Assembly: GCA_963803435.1 (NCBI GenBank)
Contig: CAWDML010000009.1
Coordinates: 1,344,001-1,408,000, forward strand
Length of the DNA stretch: 64,000 bases
Direction of reading: 5' to 3'
Origin: an uncultured delta proteobacterium
Lineage (GTDB): Bacteria > Myxococcota > Kuafuiibacteriia > Kuafuiibacteriales > Kuafuiibacteriaceae
This document shows, in pieces, positions 1-14,700 of the stretch (positions are counted from its first letter, which is position 1; each line of letters opens with the position of its first letter). The position numbers were made by a program, and so were the translations under genes. The notes under the pieces were generated by a model, which saw nothing but the letters and a program-made list of their open reading frames with translations, had not been told where the DNA came from and searched no databases.

Positions 1-1126
1 GCCTGACGCGCGTGCCGCAGCATCACGACGGCAAGAAATCGTCATGCTGGGCGACCGGCTCCGGACCTATCGCTCTGACATCCCGTCGCTGCCGCTCCTC
101 TCGCTGCTCGATCTCGGCCGTGCGATCTCCAAGCTCGACTCGATGGTGAAGTCCGTGGACCCGGCCGACCCGGCCGGCGCGAAGAACGCGGCGCGCCTCG
201 ACAGCGAGACGCTCGAGGAGTGGAAGCAGCGATACCTACGGACCGCCCACGCGCGCTCGATGGTGGACGTGGCCGCGAAGGCCGTGTTCGCCGTGGAGCC
301 GCGGCAGCTCTCGTTCCTGTTCTTCCTCACCTACCTGCGCGCGGGCGGCGGCCTGCTCTCTCTCACCGCCATCCGTGAGGGCGCTCAGGAGACCCGGGTG
401 GCGGAGGGCTTCCAGACCGTGTCGGTCCGGCTCGCCGAGAAGCTCGGCAATCGTGTCCGGCTCTCCACGCCGGTCGTCGGCATCTCACAGGACGCCGACG
501 GCGTGGAGGTCCACTGCGGCGGCGAACGCGTGCGCGCGGCGCACGCCATCGTGGCCATCCCACCGGCGCTCGCAGCACGCATCGAGTACGACCCGCCGCT
601 CCCGGCCGCCCGCGATCAGCTCACGCAGCGCATGCCGATGGGGTCGATCATCAAGTGCATCGCGTTCTACGAGCGGCCGTTCTGGCGTGACGATGGCTTC
701 TCCGGCGAGGCCGTGCTCGACGGCGGTCCCGTGCGGGTCACCTTCGACGACTCGCCCGCCGACGCCCGCTCGGGTGCGCTGCTCGCCTTCGTCGCGGGAG
801 ACGACGCGATCGAGCTCAGCGGGTACGCTCCGGAGGCCCGTCGCCACGCGGTGCTCGAGGTGCTGGGGCGGCTCTTCGGGGCGCGCGCGCGGACCCCGGT
901 GGCCTACGTCGACCAGGACTGGTGCGCCGAGCCCTACAGCCGGGGCTGCTACACCGGCGTGCTGGGTCCGGGCGTGCTGACGCGCTTCGGCGCCGCGCTT
1001 CGTGCTCCGGTCGGCCGCATTCACTGGGCCGGCACGGAGTCGGCGACGCAGCACATGGGTTACATGGAGGGCGCGCTCGAGTCCGGCGCCCGCGCCGCCG
1101 CCGAGGTGCTGGCGAGCCCGCGGTGA
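1..1126 (+). CDS. Flavin monoamine oxidase family protein (5' truncated by window edge)
   Basis: Motifs [22 protein letters not shown]...[10 protein letters not shown] and [11 protein letters not shown]. The N-terminal GxGxxG lies upstream of the window. There is a likely 1-nt slip in the A-run near 36-39. Confidence 0.85.
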   Translation, partial: PDARAAASRRQEIVMLGDRLRTYRSDIPSLPLLSLLDLGRAISKLDSMVKSVDPADPAGAKNAARLDSETLEEWKQRYLRTAHARSMVDVAAKAVFAVEPRQLSFLFFLTYLRAGGGLLSLTAIREGAQETRVAEGFQTVSVRLAEKLGNRVRLSTPVVGISQDADGVEVHCGGERVRAAHAIVAIPPALAARIEYDPPLPAARDQLTQRMPMGSIIKCIAFYERPFWRDDGFSGEAVLDGGPVRVTFDDSPADARSGALLAFVAGDDAIELSGYAPEARRHAVLEVLGRLFGARARTPVAYVDQDWCAEPYSRGCYTGVLGPGVLTRFGAALRAPVGRIHWAGTESATQHMGYMEGALESGARAAAEVLASPR

Positions 1127-1132
1127 GCGCGC

Positions 1133-3822
<2,690 letters not shown>

Positions 3823-3833
3823 GGGCCCGGCTC

Positions 3834-4466
3834 CTACGGGTGCGGCACGAGATAGCACCAGATCGGCAGCGACATGAAGCCGCCGGCCATCATCCAGCCG
3901 ACGACGAAACCGATGGCGCGAAAGCGGGCGCGCCAGATGGGACGGTTGAGACCGAACGTCTGCATCGCGCTGGCCAGGCCGTGCGAGAGGTGCAGCCCCA
4001 GCGCCAGCATCGCAACGACGTACCAGCCGGTGATCAGGGGGTTCTTGAAGGTCTCCACCACCAGGCCCCAGAGCCCGTTGGCCTGATCCCAGTTCCCGAA
4101 CTTGAACGTCCGGATGTGGAGCACGATGAAGACCAGGAGCAGGAGCCCGCCGTAGACCATCGTGCGCGAGGCAAAGGTGGCGCGCCCGTTGGTGGACTTG
4201 ACGGCGTAGGGACGGGGCCGGGCGCGACGGTTCTCGATCGTGGTGCGGATCGCCATCGCCACGTGGCCGAGGAGCAGGACGACCAGGCCCGCCTCCGCGA
4301 CGTACAGGAGGAAGCCAAACTTGCGGAGCGCGACCGGGTACGCGTTGAAGGACTCGGCACCCTGATAGATCAGGAAGTTAGCGGAGAGGTGGGTGATCAG
4401 GAATCCGAACCAAGCCAGGCCGGTTATCGCCATCACCACCTTTTTGATGATCGACGCGCGAAACAC
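3834..4466 (-). CDS. sdhC: Succinate dehydrogenase cytochrome b subunit (single b558-type anchor)
   Basis: [12 protein letters not shown]...HLSAN, five TM helices with heme-ligand His residues (LHLSHG). It lies directly upstream of sdhA. The GTG start is inferred. Confidence 0.88.
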   Translation of the reverse strand: MFRASIIKKVVMAITGLAWFGFLITHLSANFLIYQGAESFNAYPVALRKFGFLLYVAEAGLVVLLLGHVAMAIRTTIENRRARPRPYAVKSTNGRATFASRTMVYGGLLLLVFIVLHIRTFKFGNWDQANGLWGLVVETFKNPLITGWYVVAMLALGLHLSHGLASAMQTFGLNRPIWRARFRAIGFVVGWMMAGGFMSLPIWCYLVPHP

Positions 4467-4526
4467 CGAGATCCGTCTCGTCCGCGCAAGGTGCGAAGTC
4501 AAGCGCTTTTGAATATTAAGCGGGTG

Positions 4527-6269
4527 ATGACCGAGCGGGACTCCAACGTCGTTGCGCTGATGCCGTGGGACCGCGCCGTTCGACAGGCGCGCCAGCGGAA
4601 GAGGGCGATCGAGATCCTCGATCGCGACGACGCGGATCGTGCGATCGCGGCGCTGTCGGAGATCGAGGCGTTCTATGCCGTCAAGGAGATCGGCCTGGAC
4701 GACGCAGGACCGATGCTGGCGGTCCTCAGCCGGGATCAGATCTCCACGATCCTGGATCTGGAGGTCTGGAGACACCACACACTCGATCGATCGGATCTCC
4801 TCTACTGGCTGGCGGCCTTTCGGGAGGTCGGGATCGAGTCGCTCCAGGGTGCCGCGAGGGCGATGGACCCCGAGGCGCTGGCCGCGTTCTTCGCGCGGCG
4901 GCTCTTCATCGCGCTCAAGCCCAAGGAGAACACCAGCGACGATGAGCCGATCCCGGAGTGGCTCCTCGATCCCCCGGAGGCGATCGAGCCCCTGGTCGAG
5001 ACCGCGGACGGCCGCTTCATCGTGGCCGCCCGCGTGGAGGACGAGGAGGACGAGGGCGTCGAGCTCGAGGAGGAGGAGCGCAAGGCGGTGCTCCGCGTGC
5101 TCGAGGATCTCTACAAGGACCCGGAGGACTGGGAGTGGGTCTCGGGCGTCCTGCGGAGCGCGCTGACGGACTCGGTGTTCGAGCTCGAGGAGCAGGCGCT
5201 CCGGTTCCGCGACGGCCGGATGGAGGATCTCGGGTTTCCTCCGCTCGCCCGCGCGCTCGAGGTCTACACCCCCGAGAGCCCGGCCGCGCTGGAGCGGCCC
5301 GTACGGCCCTACCCGAAGAACGAGCTCTCGCTGCCGGCGCTCCACGCAAGCCAGCTTGCGGCGGGTCTGTTCAATCAGGCGATGCAGGCGATCCTGAGCA
5401 ACGACCTGGTGCGGCGCATCGAGGGTGATCTGGTCCCGCTCGCCAACGAGATCCTGGTGGCCGACGGCGTGGAGCCGGGTGCGCTCGAGCTGCTCCGCGA
5501 GTCGCTCACCCGCATGCGCGGCTATCTGGAGATCGGGCTCGCCTACGGCGCTGCGCCGGGGACCGAGCTCGATACGGCGGTGCGCCGGCTGACCGCGCAA
5601 CCGGTGCGGACGCTCTTCCGCGTCGGCTATGGCGCGACCCTCGCCCTCAAGACGCGGGCCCGCACGCTCCTCGGTATGCGCGGGTTCGCCGCGAGGCTCA
5701 CCGAAACCGAGCGAGCCGTGCTAGGTGCGCTGGTGCTCGACCGACCGCGGGTGTCGGGCGTCGTCGCGCCGATGCTCGAGCAGCCCCAGAAGATCGAGTA
5801 CGCAGAGTCGCAGATCGCCGATCTCTGTCCCTGGGGTCCGAGCGCGGCGCGCGCCCTGGAGACGATCCTTCAAGACCTGGAGGATCTGGAGATCGCCGCG
5901 CGCGCGCTGGGTGGTGCGGCGCCTGAGACGCCGGATCGGCTCGAGCCCCCAGCGGAGGAGCGGACCTTCGAGCTGTGGCTCACGACGGGCGCCGCGCAGG
6001 CGCTGCTCGGCGGTGCGTTCGCGCTGGCGCCGCTGGACGGCCCGGCGCTCCGCGCGCTCACGGATCGGCTGGCGTCGGCGCGGGATCGATACTTCGATCC
6101 CCAGCCGGCGATCGCCGCGCTCCCCGGACTGGCGTCCGGCCCGCGATCGGCCGTGGTGCGCCGGATCCGGAGAGGCCTCGAGCTCCTGGCCGAGCAGCTG
6201 TCGCCGCTGGTGGGAGCGAGTACGATAGACCCCCGCTTCGTCGGCGGTGTCGTGCGGCGTCTCCCTTGA
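4527..6269 (+). CDS. DUF6178-like hypothetical protein
   Basis: VKEIGLDDA...ILDLEVW, ELEEQALRFRDGRMEDLGFPP and LFRVGY match my recollection of this deltaproteobacterial family. Confidence 0.65.
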   Translation: MTERDSNVVALMPWDRAVRQARQRKRAIEILDRDDADRAIAALSEIEAFYAVKEIGLDDAGPMLAVLSRDQISTILDLEVWRHHTLDRSDLLYWLAAFREVGIESLQGAARAMDPEALAAFFARRLFIALKPKENTSDDEPIPEWLLDPPEAIEPLVETADGRFIVAARVEDEEDEGVELEEEERKAVLRVLEDLYKDPEDWEWVSGVLRSALTDSVFELEEQALRFRDGRMEDLGFPPLARALEVYTPESPAALERPVRPYPKNELSLPALHASQLAAGLFNQAMQAILSNDLVRRIEGDLVPLANEILVADGVEPGALELLRESLTRMRGYLEIGLAYGAAPGTELDTAVRRLTAQPVRTLFRVGYGATLALKTRARTLLGMRGFAARLTETERAVLGALVLDRPRVSGVVAPMLEQPQKIEYAESQIADLCPWGPSAARALETILQDLEDLEIAARALGGAAPETPDRLEPPAEERTFELWLTTGAAQALLGGAFALAPLDGPALRALTDRLASARDRYFDPQPAIAALPGLASGPRSAVVRRIRRGLELLAEQLSPLVGASTIDPRFVGGVVRRLP

Positions 6270-6289
6270 TACCATCGGCGTCCGGTCGA

Positions 6290-7712
6290 ATGACGGTCGA
6301 GATCCCGCCGACCATCGAGCGCTACCGTGTCGAGGCCGTGCTCGGCAGAGGCGCCTCCGGCGTCGTCCTGCGGGTGCGGGACGACGCGCTCGAATCGATC
6401 CATCGCGCTGAAGCTCCTCACCGACGATCTCGACGAGGACGCGCGGGCCCGGTTCTCGATCGAGGCGCGGGCCGCCGCGCGGATCGTCCACCCGAACGTC
6501 GTGCAGGTCTTCGCGGTCGGCAGCCACCAGGGACGCGCGTTCATCACCCAGGAGCTGGTCGACGGCTACCCGCTCTCGCTCCTTCTCGAGGCCAAGGGCC
6601 GGCTGTCGCCGGAGGCGGTGGTCGACGTGGCGATCCAGGTGGCGAGCGGCCTGGCCCGGGCCGCCGAGGTCGGCGTGCTCCACCGGGACGTGAAGCCGCA
6701 GAACCTCCTCATCACCGAGGAGGGCCTGGTGAAGCTGGCGGACTTCGGCATCGCGAAGATCCTGAACGCGCCCTCGGAGCTCACCGAGAGCGGCACCACG
6801 CTGGGGACGCCCCACTACATGTCCCCCGAGCAAGGCCAGGGCCTCGAGCTCGACCCGCGCTCGGACCAGTACTCCTTGGGGGCGACGCTCTACCACCTGC
6901 TGTGCGGGCAGCCGCCCTTCGACGATGAGAACGCGCTGGCCCTCCTCATGAAGCAGCGGGAGGCGCCGCTGCCGCCGGTCCGTTCGCTGGCGCCCGACTG
7001 TCCCGAGGCGCTGTCCGAGATCGTCGAGCGCATGCTGGCGAAGGATCCCGCGCTCCGCTTCCCCCGGTTCGAGGCGGTGCTCGACGCGCTCGAGGCGGCG
7101 TCGGAAGCCCCCGGGACCCGCTCGGGCGACGCCCTCGCACCCGTCTCCGCCCGGCTGCGCGAGCTGGGCGCGCTCGACGGAGGTGCGGCCCCGATCGAGC
7201 TGCAGAAGACGCGCTTCCCCCCGTGGCTGGTCAACGGCGCCGTGGGCGTCTGCGCGATCGCCGTGATCGGCGCGGCCGTCTACGGCGGGACCAACGGCGC
7301 CACGACGCACGCCCAGAAGGTCGCCGTGCGCGAGGAGGTGCCGCTCGAGGTGGCGCCCCCTCGGCGCGATCCGTTCGCCGCCAAGAAGCCCCCGCCCACC
7401 AAGCCGCGCCGCCGCGCCGCCGAGATCTCCAAGGTCGACCGCCTGCTGGCGGAGCTCACCGACCCAAAGACCGCCATCGCCGCCGCGCGGGAGCTGGGAA
7501 GGCTCGGAGATCAGCGCGCGACGCAACCGCTGATCGAGGCGGCCCGATCGAAGACCGAGCCGGTCGCGGTGGCCGCCCTCGATGCGCTCGGCGAGATCGG
7601 AGACATCGTCGCCATCGCCCCGCTCGAGTCGCTGGCCACGGACGGCCGCACGAAGCGAATCCGCGAGGCCGCGGTCCGCGCGAAGACGCGGCTTTACTCG
7701 GTCGAGGAGTGA
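6290..7712 (+). CDS. Ser/Thr protein kinase with TM helix and C-terminal HEAT repeats (frameshift ~6392)
   Basis: LGRGASGVV in one frame; ALK, HRDVKPQN, DFG and GTPHYMSPE in the next. TM segment, then AARELGRLGD/ALDALGEIGD HEAT-like repeats. Confidence 0.88.
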
Positions 7713-7741
7713 TCCAGAGCGAAGGTGAAGATCGAGAAGCC

Positions 7742-10529
7742 TCAGCGCCCCACGATCGCCCGGCTGAATCCGCGCGTCGCCTGATCGATCCCCAGCGCGC
7801 CGCCCGCGGTCAGGTCGAAGAGACCGCCGACGGAGGTGCCCTGCTGGAGGTCGACGGCGTCGACGGTGACCGTAGCGGAGCCGGTGCGATCGAGCATCCC
7901 GGCAGGTGCGGCGGGGATGGCGAGGTTCTCGGCACCGTTGGCGGGGGCGTAGACGTGCCAGGTGCCCTCGGGAGAGGCGAAGGCGATGCGGTACATGTCG
8001 GCGCCCGGGAGCGCCGGCAGGCCGACCTCGCGGCTGGTGCCGGTCCAGGTGGCTTCGAGCGGCGAGTCGAGCCAGCCGTCGCTGAGGTCGACGGTCGTGG
8101 GGATCGCTGCACCGACGAAGAGGCGCGCGGAGCCGGGGCCGGGGAGGCCGTTGTCGATCCGGACGGCGCTGGCGAGGACCGCGTATTGGCCGGCCTCGAG
8201 GCCGCTGTGCGGGGGCGCCATCTTGGTGATGAAGCTGGGTACGATGCCGCTGCCGTTCATGTCGCTCTGACCGTCGAGCCCGAGCGGGACGAAGCCCACG
8301 CTGGGGAGGATCGTCCCAGCGATCACGACGAGCGTGTTCGCGTTGCCGCCGCTGACGAAGGGCAGGTTGTCCACCGCCAGCTGGTAGCGGAGCGACTGCG
8401 GGATCCGCGGTTGCATCGGCTGCGTTGGGAAGTTGCTCCAGTCAGGGATCATCTCGGTGGTGTTGCCGTCGCCGTCGAAGTCGTTGGTGTCGACGATGGT
8501 CGGGATCCCGACCGTCGTGATCGTGGGAACGACCGCGTGCTCGAAGCGCTGGAAGAAGGGGAGAACCAGCGCGACCAGGTTGTTGAGGTTACCGAACGTC
8601 CCGGCGTTGACGTCGACCCGGCCGCCGAACGACCACACCGAGCGCAATCCAGGTTGCGATCGCGCGTAATACTGGGTCTTGAGCGGCAGATTGAAGCCTT
8701 GGATCGCGACCTCGACGGTGTTGCCGGCCGGGATCCCGATCCCGCCGATCATCGGCACCTGAACGGTGATGAGGTCACCGCCGAAGAGGTTGGCGGCGTC
8801 GAAGGTGAACAGCGGCGAGGACATCGAGACGCCCGACAGCGACAGCGACAGGCCGCCCTGCGTCGACACCTGGGAGAGGTCGACGGTGCCCTGCACGCCG
8901 GCCACCACGTCGGGGCGGGTCAGCGGTGGCAGCGGGATCACGACGTCGGTCGCGGTGGCGCCGACCAGCGAGACATAGTCGTAACTCGCGTGGGCGACGG
9001 TCACGTCGTAGGGCGCGGTCGGGTTCGCGGCGAAGACCGCGACGCCCATGGCGTCGGAGACCGCCGACTCGGAGCCGAACGCGCCGGTGATCTGGACGTC
9101 GGCACCCGCAATCGGAGTGCCGTTGGTGGCGCGCAGGACCGTGACCCGGGCGCCGGCGGGGGCGGGGCCGAGGTTCGTGAGCTCGACCGGGTTCGAGGTG
9201 ACCGGGCCGTTCGCGGTCTGAACGCGGGCCCGGATCTCGGTGACGCCCGCGGTGTTGCCGCCCGTGGCCAGGCCGTCCGCGTCGATGGTGGCGACGCCCG
9301 CGACCGAGCTGAGCCACTCGAAGGTGACACCGGCGACCGCACGGTGGGCCTGGTCGAGCGCCAGAGCGGTGAACGCGTAGGTGGTACCGGGCCGCACGAC
9401 GCCCGCCGGCGTGATGATGACGACCTCGACGACCAGGTCCGCCGACGGCGGCGGCTGGCACTCACCGCCGATGCAGACGTCGCCGGCGGTCGGACAGTCC
9501 CCGGGCCCGCGGCAGATGCGGGGGACGCAGACGTCGCCGACGCAATCGAAGTCGGTCGGACACGCGGTGGTGCTGCAGCTCTCAGCGGGGAGGCAGAAGC
9601 CGTTGTCGCAGTAGGCGGTGCCGGTGCAGTCGCGATCCGTGCGGCACGCCGGGAGGGGCTCGCAGCGGTTCGTCTGCTGGTTGCATCCCATCCCGATCGG
9701 GCACTCGCCGTTCGGGCCGCACATCTCCCGGACCACGCAGCGTCCGGTCTCGCAGACCTCCTGCGCCGCCTGATCGCAGTCGTCGTCCATCGTGCACTGT
9801 GGCGCGACGCAGGCGCCGCCGACGCCGGGCGCCGCGTTGTCGTCGCAGATCAGGGGGGCGGTGCACTGACCGTCGTTGAGGCAACGCTGGCGGCACTCCA
9901 TCGCGGCGGTGTCGCAGTACCAGAACTGCGCCGGCGTCCCGCAGTCGCCGTCCATCGTGCAGGCCTCGTTGCAGACGCCATCGACACAGTGGAGGCCGGC
10001 CGGGCAGCCGGTCGAGTCGGTGCAGGTGGTGGGCACCTGGCAGGTGCCGTCGATGCAGACGAGAATCACCGCAGGCCGCGTCGTCGGTGCAGGTGCCGCC
10101 TGGCGGGACACATAGGTTGTCCCCGTTGCAGTAGAGGCCGTCGAGGCACATCCCGGTGTCGTCGCAGGCCTCGGGTGCCTGGCAGGTGCCGTCGCGACAG
10201 ACCAGACCGTCGGCCGCGCACTGGGAGTGGTCGGTGCAGGGCGTCGCGACGCAGGTGTTCCCGGAGCAGCGGGAGGCGCCGCAGTTGGTCACGATGTCGC
10301 AGCTCATGCCGGGGCCGCAGTCGTCGTTCATCTCGCAGGCGTTGCCGGTCCCGGCGACGCAGGAACCGCCCTCGCAGTGCTCGGTGGCAGCGCAATCGTC
10401 GTTGGTGTTGCACTTGCCGGGCGGGAGGATGTTCGTGTCGTCCGAGCAGGCGGAGCCGGACAGGGCCGCGAGGAGGGCGAAGCCCGTCAAGGCGCGGGCG
10501 AGTGTGGGGTCGGTCGGCTTGCAGCGCAC
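7742..10529 (-). CDS. Cys-rich repeat lipoprotein with Ig-like (Big_2) and carboxypeptidase-regulatory-like domains (frameshift ~10065)
   Basis: Lipobox-like LSGSAC, many CxxxxDC...C...C units, WLSSVAGVATIDADG Ig motif and TPIAGADVQI. Two ORFs are joined by a frameshift. Confidence 0.75.
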
Positions 10530-10588
10530 GGGGGCATCAAACCTGCGGGATCACTCGCTGGGTTATCGGACTCTTGACGTAGGGGTGG

Positions 10589-11377
10589 ATGACGGCTGAT
10601 TTGCTCGCCATGCGAACCCGTGCGCTTGTGTTGATGCTGCTGGCCGGCTGCTACGCCCACGCGCGCCGCGACGAGCCCGCGCCGCCCCCGGAGGACGCCG
10701 CCGGCCCGATGGTCTCCATCGGTGGGGGTGCCTTCACCATGGGCGACAACTCCGGCGATCCCGACGAGTACCCCGAGCGGAAGATCACGCTCAGCCCCTA
10801 CAAGATCGATCGAATGGAGGTCACGAACGAGGCCTACCGAATGTGCGTCAAGGCGAAGGCCTGCGATCCCGCCCGCTACCTGGACGATCCCGAGCTCGGC
10901 CTCGACGATCACCCGGTGGTCGGCGTGACCTGGGAGGACGCGACCGGCTTCTGCAAGTGGATCGGCCGGCGCCTCCCCACCGAGGCGGAGTGGGAGCTGG
11001 CGGCCAAGGGCGGCGACTTCCGCAAGTGGCCCTGGGTGGGGGCGTTCAACCCGGCCTACGCGAACACGAACGATCGCAACGACGTCCACACCCATACGGC
11101 GCCGGTGAGCGAATACGAGGCCGGCAAGAGCCCGTTCGGTGTGCTCAACCTGGCCGGGAACGCGGCCGAATGGGTCGCCGACTACTTCGATCCGACCTAC
11201 TATCGCAGCGACGACACCACCACCAACCCGAAGGGTCCGAGCTCCGGGCGCGAGCGGGTGGTGCGCGGGGGATCGTACCGGGACCCGGCCTTCGCCGCCC
11301 GCGTCGCGGCGCGTCGGGCGAAGCTGCCGACCGAGTCGGACAACTCGATCGGCTTCCGCTGCGCCAAGGACGATTAA
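10589..11377 (+). CDS. Formylglycine-generating-enzyme (SUMF1/FGE-sulfatase) fold lipoprotein
   Basis: Lipobox LLAGC; FTMG, EVTN, RLPTEAEWE, NLAGNAAEW, RGGSY and IGFRC. The catalytic FGE Cys pair is absent. Confidence 0.88.
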   Translation: MTADLLAMRTRALVLMLLAGCYAHARRDEPAPPPEDAAGPMVSIGGGAFTMGDNSGDPDEYPERKITLSPYKIDRMEVTNEAYRMCVKAKACDPARYLDDPELGLDDHPVVGVTWEDATGFCKWIGRRLPTEAEWELAAKGGDFRKWPWVGAFNPAYANTNDRNDVHTHTAPVSEYEAGKSPFGVLNLAGNAAEWVADYFDPTYYRSDDTTTNPKGPSSGRERVVRGGSYRDPAFAARVAARRAKLPTESDNSIGFRCAKDD

Positions 11378-11378
11378 T

Positions 11379-11407
11379 TTGACGGGCTGGATCGCGTCCA
11401 TTAGCGT
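11379..11407 (+). promoter_or_regulatory. Putative sigma70/SigA promoter TTGACG-N17-TAGCGT, probably giving a leaderless mRNA
   Basis: -35 at 11379-11384, 17-nt spacer, -10 at 11402-11407, ATG at 11416 eight nt later with no SD. Confidence 0.55.
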
Positions 11408-11415
11408 CGTTGGGC

Positions 11416-11715
11416 ATGACGGAGCGAAGCCCACGGGGCAAACGGGGCCGGGCCCGAGTCCTCACGGAGACCTCTCTCGACGAGACGGAGGAGAAGGTGA
11501 TCCGCATGCGGCACGGGCTCGGTGCCCCTGACGACATGCCGCTTCCCCGTGTCGGACAGGATCGCCCGGAGGTTCGGGATCAGCTCCGCGAGATTGAGCT
11601 TCGCGCCCTGGAGCGGAGCGGACGGCTGCGGGAGCTCCAGCAGGAGGTCGGCCTCGAGCCGGTCGAGAGCAATCCCGGCATCAAGGCCAAGATCATCGAT
11701 CGCTTGAAGGACTGA
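11416..11715 (+). CDS. Stand-alone sigma70 region 4-like protein (99 aa)
   Basis: LDETEEKVIRMRHGLGAPDDMPLPRVGQDRPEVRDQLREIELRAL aligns without gaps to primary-sigma region 4 (LTPREEKVLRMRFGIG...LEEVGQDFEVTRERIRQIEAKAL, recalled). Regions 1-3 are absent. Confidence 0.7.
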   Translation: MTERSPRGKRGRARVLTETSLDETEEKVIRMRHGLGAPDDMPLPRVGQDRPEVRDQLREIELRALERSGRLRELQQEVGLEPVESNPGIKAKIIDRLKD

Positions 11716-11742
11716 ACGCTTTCACGACATGGTGACCCTCGC

Positions 11743-14700
11743 GTGGTGGGACCGACGACCATCGGCCGCTACCGGCTCATCAAACGCGTTGGCGCGGGCG
11801 GGATGGGGGTCGTCTACGAGGCGATCGACACCCGCGACGATCGCCGCTGCGCGCTGAAGGTCCTCCTCCCGCACGCCGCCGAAGAAGCCGAAGGGCTGCT
11901 CCGCTTCAAGCGGGAGTTCCGGGCGCTGGCCCGCCTCCGGCACCCCAACATCGTCCGGGTCTACGACGCGGGGCTCGAGAACGACGTCCCGTTCATCGCG
12001 ATGGAGTTCATCGAGGGGCGCGACGTCCGCCGCCACTTGCGCGCGATCCCGGACGGGCCGGCCCGCGACCGCGAGTCCCGCCGTTGCCTGAGGCAGATCT
12101 TCGGCGCGCTGGCCCACATCCACGTGCGGCGCATCGTCCACCGCGATCTCAAGCCGGAGAACATCCTGGTGACCGCGGACGGCCGGGTGAAGCTGATGGA
12201 CTTCGGCGTGGCCCGCCTGCTGCGTGCCCCCACCTCGAGCTCCGGCCTCCTGGGAACGTTCGCGTACATGGCGCCCGAGCAGGTGACCAGCGGCGAGATC
12301 GACGGGCGCAGTGATCTCTACGCGATCGGCGTGCTCATGTACGAGATCCTCACCGGCGACTATCCGTTCCCGGTCGAGCCGCCCGCGGCCGCGCTCCACC
12401 ACCACGTCAACACGCACCCGCAGCCGATCACCACGGTGGACCAGAAGGCGGATCCCCAGCTGGCGGCGCTGGCGCACAAGCTCCTGGAGAAGGATCCGCT
12501 CGATCGATTGCAGACCGCCGAGGAGGCCTTCGCCTACCTCACCGACGAGGACAACACGGGCGGGCAGATGGAGCAGTCGCTGCCCGGACAGCTGTTCACG
12601 CCGCGCTTCGTGGGGCGCCGCCTGGAGCTCGAGTTTCTCGATCGGGTCGTCAAGGACGCGACCGCTGGGAGAGGCCGCCTGATCGTGATCGAGGGCCCGA
12701 GCGGGATGGGCAAGTCGCGGCTGCTCTACGAGCTCCGGTCGCGGATCAAACGGCGTACGCACGTGCTGGTGGGACAGTGCGCCTCCGATCGCGCGCAGCC
12801 GTACGGCCCGGTGCAGACCGTCCTCGACGACATCGCCGCCATCGCCGCGCGCGCGCCCAGCGACGTGATGCGCAAGATCCTGGGGCGGGACGCAGCGCTG
12901 GTCCACGCCGTCTCACCACGGCTCGGCGAGCTCGGCGGTCCGGCCACCGTCGATCACCTGGACGCCTCCGAGCGGAAGGTGCGGCTCCACAAGGCCATCG
13001 TCGGGGTGATCGGACGGCTCGCGCTCACCCGCTCGGTGGTGCTGGCCTTTGACGACATCCACTGGGCCGACTCCTCGACGCTCGAGCTGATCTGGGACGC
13101 CTCGCGAACGCTCCTGGCGCCGCGGCCCGGCGGCACCGGCAGCGAGACCGTGTGCCCGGTGGCCGTGGTGCTGACGCGGCGCTCGCTGGCCGAGGGGCCC
13201 GATCAATCGGAGCAGCTGATCCGCAGGCTCGACGAGAAGGGCTCGATCGAGCGCATGCAGCTGTCCTCGCTCGAGATGGACGACGTCGCCGAGATGATGC
13301 GGACGATGACCGGCGTCCATCGACCACTCCGCACCGCGATCGACGAGACGATGCGCGCGACCCACGGTCGTCCGCTGATCGTGCAAGACATCCTGCAGTC
13401 GTGGGTCGACGACGGCACGCTGGTGCGACGCCACGGCTCCTGGTTCTTCCGCGACGATCCGCTGGACGCCGGGCGTGACGACACGCCGATGTTCGACGCC
13501 GCCGACAGCACGAACCCGGAGGCGCCGGCCGTCGGCAGCCGGCGCCCGCCCGCCCACGGCGACGATGCCATGCTCCAGAAGCTCCAGAAGCTCTCCGACG
13601 GCGCACGCACGCTGCTGGAGAAGCTGGCCCTGCTCGGGCGCCTCTTGTCGGCGGAGCTGGTCTCGGCGGTGGCGGGGGACGAGGAGGAGTCGTTCCTCGA
13701 CGCCATCGACGAGCTGGTGCGGGCCGGCCTGCTCGTCGAAGACGTCTCCCACCTGGGGGTGCGCTACCGCTTCTATCACGAGGGCTTCCGCGAGGCGGTG
13801 GCGCGCGCGCTCAACGCCGCCTACCGGACGGAGCTCCACCGGTTCATCGCCGAGCAGCTCGAGCGGAAGTTCCGCAACCGTCGCAGCGAGCTGGCCCACG
13901 TGCTCGCGCGCCACTACCGGCAGGGCGGCTGCCCCGAGCGCGCGATCGCGTTCCTCAGGATGACCGCGGCCTCGGCCTCGGCGCGCGGCGATCTCGACGC
14001 CGCCATGCGACGCCTCTCCGACGCGCTCGCGATCATCGACGAGCGTCCCCGCACCCCGGCCGAGGCGACGCGCCGCCTGAAGGTGCTCATCGCGCAGATC
14101 GATCTCTTGCTCGACTTCGGCCGCCCGCGCGAGGCGCTCGATCGCGCCGATCCCGAGGCCGCCATGTCCGCCCGCGACTCTGAGGTGATGCGCTCCGAGC
14201 TGATGCTCCGCCGCGCCGCCTGCCAGTTCGCCCTCGGTAAGCTCGACGAGTGCCTCACCACCCTCGGCCGCATGTCGCCCAAGGCCCCCACGCGTTCGCT
14301 GGGCGCCCGCTCGCTCGAGCTCGAGGGCCGCGCCCGCGTCTCCCGCGGCGAGTATGCGCAGGCGAGGGCGGTGCTCCAGGCGGCCCACGACATCGCCGAG
14401 GACGCCGGCCTCTACGATCTGGCGAAGGAGCTCGACGCCAAGGTCGGCATGGTGATGCTGCATCAGGGCGACTACGGCGGGGCGCTCGCCAAGCTCGAGT
14501 CCGGCCTCGCCCGCGCCCGCGAGTGGGGCGACGCCCGGCTGATCGCCGAGATGCTCGGCCACATCGGCATGATCCACGCGGCCCGCGCCAACAGCACCGA
14601 AGCCCTGACCTGCTTCCGCGAGGCCATCGAGATCGCCGAGGCCCGCGGCGTCCGCGCCGACCTCGAGCGCTGGTCCGGCGAGCTCGGCATGCTGATGACC

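Noticed and set aside
7223-10582. Long antisense ORFs (e.g. 7223..10582+, 25968..28310+, 44544..47489-, 56587..58830+)
   Set aside because: These are shadow ORFs of real genes, expected from high GC3 codon bias, and show no recognisable motifs.
10589-11377. Diversity-generating retroelement target (FGE/CLec fold)
   Set aside because: I saw no template-repeat copy of the C-terminal region and no reverse transcriptase in the window.
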